Assembly: GCA_965262725.1 (NCBI GenBank) | Contig: OZ253555.1 | Span: 3,264,001 to 3,328,000 of the forward strand | Reading direction: 5' to 3' | DNA length: 64,000 bases | Source: Dehalococcoidia bacterium | GTDB lineage: Bacteria > Chloroflexota > Dehalococcoidia > UBA2979 | Shown: positions 60,784 to 64,000 of the stretch, one piece after another | Layout: each line of letters starts with the position of its first letter | Numbering within the stretch: the stretch's first letter is position 1 | The notes under the pieces: model-generated | Databases searched by the model: none | Told to the model about the DNA's origin: nothing | What the model saw: the letters and a program-made list of their open reading frames with translations, nothing else | Position numbers and translations under genes: made by a program

Positions 60784-61827
60784 CTAGCCCCGCTCGGGGA
60801 CCTGCGAAGGCTCGGCGTCTTCCGCGGCCTCGTCGCTCCGGGAGGCGAGGAGGTCGCGCGGACCGACGTGGAGCGTCCACATCGCGGCGACGCCGGTGAT
60901 GCTGATCCACACGATGAGCAGGAGGTGCGATCCGACCGCGTAGGCGCCGGCCTCCGACAGCCCAAAACCCATGAACGCGAGCGCCTCGGTGACCGCCACC
61001 TCGTAGGGACCGATGTCCCACGGCGTCAAGGGCAGCGAGACGATGACGTTCGCAGCGATGGTGACGAGCACCGCCTCCGAGAACCCCATCTCCAGCGCGA
61101 AGGCCCGGCCCATCATCCAGTAGACGGCGACCTCGGCCGTCCACGCGACGACGGAGAGGGCGATCGCGATCCCCATCCCCCGGCCTCCGCGCAGCACGCG
61201 CATCCCGTTCATGAACGAGGGGACGATCGCGGCGACGCGGTCGCGCAGGGCGGGCGGAAGCCACCCCACCAGGCGCCAGCGGTCGACGGCGACCCCGACC
61301 TCGAGACGCGCGATAAGCAGCGAGGCGGCGAAGGCGCCGAGCACGATCGCGCCGATGAGAGCCGCCGTCGGCGTCCGGAGCGCACCGGGGTCGAGGAGCA
61401 GGAGCGCCGGAAGCAGCAGCGCGACGAAGGCGACGCCGTCGAGCACCGACTCTACGAGAAAGACGCTGCTGGTCAGCTCGGCGCGCGGGATGCCGAACCG
61501 GCGGCGCGTCAGTTCGACGCGCAGCACGTCGCCGGCACGCAGCGGCACCACGGCGTTGGCGAGATTCGAGACGAGGAAGACGGGGAAGAGGTCGCGGCCC
61601 CGCAGCCCGCTCCGGTGGCGGAGCAGCACGCGCCAGCGGTAGGAGTGGATCGCCTTCGACAGCGTGAAGGCGACGAGTCCCGCAACTGCCCAGCCGAGGC
61701 GAACCTCGGTCAGCTGCTCCACCGCCCGGGGGAGATCCACACGGAGCGCCAGAAACGTGAAGGAGCCCGTCGCGAGCGCCGCCTGCAAGAGCACCCACCG
61801 GCGGCGACGGCGCAGATACCCGCCCAT
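60784..61827 (-). CDS. lysylphosphatidylglycerol synthase TM-region / flippase-like membrane protein
   Basis: RWRVLL, N.VVPLRAGD and P.TP..IGPYE motifs; multiple TM segments. Confidence 0.8.
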   Translation of the reverse strand: MGGYLRRRRRWVLLQAALATGSFTFLALRVDLPRAVEQLTEVRLGWAVAGLVAFTLSKAIHSYRWRVLLRHRSGLRGRDLFPVFLVSNLANAVVPLRAGDVLRVELTRRRFGIPRAELTSSVFLVESVLDGVAFVALLLPALLLLDPGALRTPTAALIGAIVLGAFAASLLIARLEVGVAVDRWRLVGWLPPALRDRVAAIVPSFMNGMRVLRGGRGMGIAIALSVVAWTAEVAVYWMMGRAFALEMGFSEAVLVTIAANVIVSLPLTPWDIGPYEVAVTEALAFMGFGLSEAGAYAVGSHLLLIVWISITGVAAMWTLHVGPRDLLASRSDEAAEDAEPSQVPERG

Positions 61828-62013
61828 CGAGTCTCCCCGCTGCGCCGAACGGCCCGCGGCTCAGCGGGCATCCCGAGCCGAGAGTGTACGGCGTGGGGGG
61901 CAGGAGGCCACGCACGGACCGCGCCGGGCCGGCGTGCGTCCCGCCGGGTGTCCGATGGCGGTACGCTGGAGGGAGGAGCGCGCGAGAGCGCGCCGCGTGG
62001 TTGGAGGTGAGCC

Positions 62014-62859
62014 GTGGCCGTGGTCGAGGTAGGCGAGGCGAGCTTTCAGGACGAGGTCCTTGAGTTCTCGCACCAGCAGCCGGTCGTGGTCGACTTCTGG
62101 GCTGCCTGGTGCGAGCCGTGCCGCATCCTGGGTCCCACGCTCGAGACGGTGACCGAGGAGTACGGCGGCGCCGTCCGTCTCGCCAAGGTCGACGTGGACG
62201 CCCACCCCACCCTCGCCTCGCGCTACGGGATCAGCGGGATTCCGGCCGTGAAGGCGTTTCGGGACGGCGAGCTGGTGAACGAATTCGTCGGCGCGCTCCC
62301 GGAAGCGCAGGTGCGCGCCTTCTTCGCCTCGCTCGTGCCGACCGCCGCCGACCGCGCCGCGGAGGCGGCAGCCGCCGCCCACTCGGCGGGGAGGCTACTC
62401 GAGGCGCGCCGACTCTTCGACGAGGCGCTCGCCGCCGCGCCCCGGCACGAGGAGGCCGCGCTCGGTCTCGCGGAGCTCCTCGTCGAATCGGGAGCGCCGG
62501 CCGAGCTCGAGCGCGCGCGCCAGCTCGTCGCCCCGTTCGGCGCCTCGACGCGGTCGCGCCGCGTCGAGGCGCTCGCGCGCTTTCGCGCGCTGGGCGCAAC
62601 GCTCGAGGAAGGCGACCTGCTCGCTCGCATCGCCGCGGACGAAGCCGACGCGGCGGCGCACTATGGCCTCGGCACGCTCCTCGCCGCGCGCGGCCAGTGG
62701 GAGGCAGCGCTCGAGGAGCTGCTCACCACGGTCCGCCTCGACCGCGCCCTCGACGACGACGGCGGCCGGCGCGCGATGCTCGATATCTTCAACGTCCTCG
62801 GCAATCGCCACGCCCTGACCGAAGAGTACCGCCAGAGTCTCGCCTCGCTCATCTTCTAG
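62014..62859 (+). CDS. thioredoxin-TPR co-chaperone (CnoX/YbbN-like)
   Basis: VVVDFWAAWCEPC, IPAVKAF.DG, a TPR region and C-terminal YRQSLASLIF. Confidence 0.88.
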   Translation: MAVVEVGEASFQDEVLEFSHQQPVVVDFWAAWCEPCRILGPTLETVTEEYGGAVRLAKVDVDAHPTLASRYGISGIPAVKAFRDGELVNEFVGALPEAQVRAFFASLVPTAADRAAEAAAAAHSAGRLLEARRLFDEALAAAPRHEEAALGLAELLVESGAPAELERARQLVAPFGASTRSRRVEALARFRALGATLEEGDLLARIAADEADAAAHYGLGTLLAARGQWEAALEELLTTVRLDRALDDDGGRRAMLDIFNVLGNRHALTEEYRQSLASLIF

Positions 62860-62934
62860 GCGGCAGGCGGGCCGGCGACGCACCGACGGGGCGTCGTCCC
62901 GACGAGGCGCGACGGGGGGAGAGGGGAGCGGGAG

Positions 62935-64000
62935 ATGGACGAGGGCTTTCCGAGCTTCCGGGCGGCGGCCGTGCAGGCCGCGCCGGTCTTCCTCGACCGC
63001 GACGCGACGCTCGACAAGACGCTGGCGCTCGCCGCGGAGGCGGCGCGGGGAGGCGCCGAGATCGTCGTCTTCCCGGAGGTCTACATTCCCGGATACCCGT
63101 ACTGGAACCGTCTGGAGAACGTCTTCCGCACCACGGGCTACTACGAGGAACTGCTCCGGAACGCGGTGCGTGTCCCCGGCCCGGAGACCGAGCGGCTCTC
63201 AGACGCCGCGCGCCGCGCCGGGATCTACCTTCTGGTCGGGATCAATGAGCGCGTGCCGGTGACCGTCGGCACGCTCTACAACACCAACCTCCTCTTCGGT
63301 CCCGCCGGCGAGCTCTTGCTGCGCCACCGCAAGCTGATGCCCACCTACGCCGAGAAACTGACGTGGGGCTTCGGGGACGGGAGCTCCCTGCGCGTCGTGG
63401 AGACGCCACTCGGCGGTCTCGGCACGCTGATCTGCGGTGAGAACGCGAACCCGCTCTATCGCTACGCCCTGCTCGCGCAGGGGGAGCAGGTGCACCTGAC
63501 CAACTACCCGGCGCTCCCCGGGGGCGATCCGGGCGGCTACGACATCGGCGAGGAGATCCGCCTCCGCTCCGCGAACCACTCCTTCGAGGGGAAGGTCTTC
63601 ACCGTCACCGCCTCCGCCGTGATCGACGAGAGCGTCATCGCGCGTGTCGCCGACACCGACGAGAAGCGTGCCGCGATGGGCGGACCGCAGGCGGCGTTCA
63701 GCGGGATCTTCGCGCCCGGCGGGAGGCTCATCACGGAGCCTCTGCCGCCCGGCGAGGAGGGCATCCTCTACGCCGACTGCGACCTCAGGGAGCAGGTGGG
63801 CCCGAAGCTGCGCCACGACGTCATCGGTCAGTACCACCGCCCGGACGTGGTCGCGCTGCTGCTCAACCGCGCACCGCGCTCGCCGCTGATCGAGGTGGGG
63901 GGGCAGGCGGATAAGGAGGAGTCCACAGGAGCGGACGACGCCGCCGTGGCGTCGCGCAACGGACGCGGCACCGGCGCCTTCGGGCCGGCCGCCCTCGCAC
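62935..64000 (+). CDS. nitrilase (carbon-nitrogen hydrolase), 3' end off window
   Basis: Not in the ORF track. Manual translation gives AAAVQAAPVF, FPEV, HRKLMPT, LICGEN (E-K-C triad) and D.IGQYHRPDV. Confidence 0.88.
   Translation, partial: MDEGFPSFRAAAVQAAPVFLDRDATLDKTLALAAEAARGGAEIVVFPEVYIPGYPYWNRLENVFRTTGYYEELLRNAVRVPGPETERLSDAARRAGIYLLVGINERVPVTVGTLYNTNLLFGPAGELLLRHRKLMPTYAEKLTWGFGDGSSLRVVETPLGGLGTLICGENANPLYRYALLAQGEQVHLTNYPALPGGDPGGYDIGEEIRLRSANHSFEGKVFTVTASAVIDESVIARVADTDEKRAAMGGPQAAFSGIFAPGGRLITEPLPPGEEGILYADCDLREQVGPKLRHDVIGQYHRPDVVALLLNRAPRSPLIEVGGQADKEESTGADDAAVASRNGRGTGAFGPAALA

Overview
Very GC-rich bacterial DNA. The gene set (Tat-lipoprotein SBPs, luciferase-like oxidoreductases, MaoC pair, archaeal-type iPGM) suggests Chloroflexota/Dehalococcoidia-like origin; that is inference. 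Housekeeping content: miaA (partial), tpiA, apgM, pgk, polyprenyl synthase, tsaC, guaA-purD-orf-purB-purC-purS and purEK. Accessory content: hpnCDE-ispH (squalene), a KamA-like radical SAM gene behind a c-di-AMP riboswitch, a liv-type ABC transporter, a probable UGC-motif selenoprotein and a long catabolic cluster. The main finding is a three-layer nested mobile element at 38684-43813. An IS1380 copy has its right terminal IR split by a group II intron whose EBS1 matches that IR. The intron is itself interrupted in domain III by an IS110/IS1111 element whose downstream non-coding region carries readable guide segments matching the intron target and the IS donor junction. An intact IS1380 copy at 30607-32251 shows the empty intron site. 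A second, frameshifted IS110 has readable bridge-RNA guides for a poly-C target. All calls come from reading motifs by eye; no database search was run.
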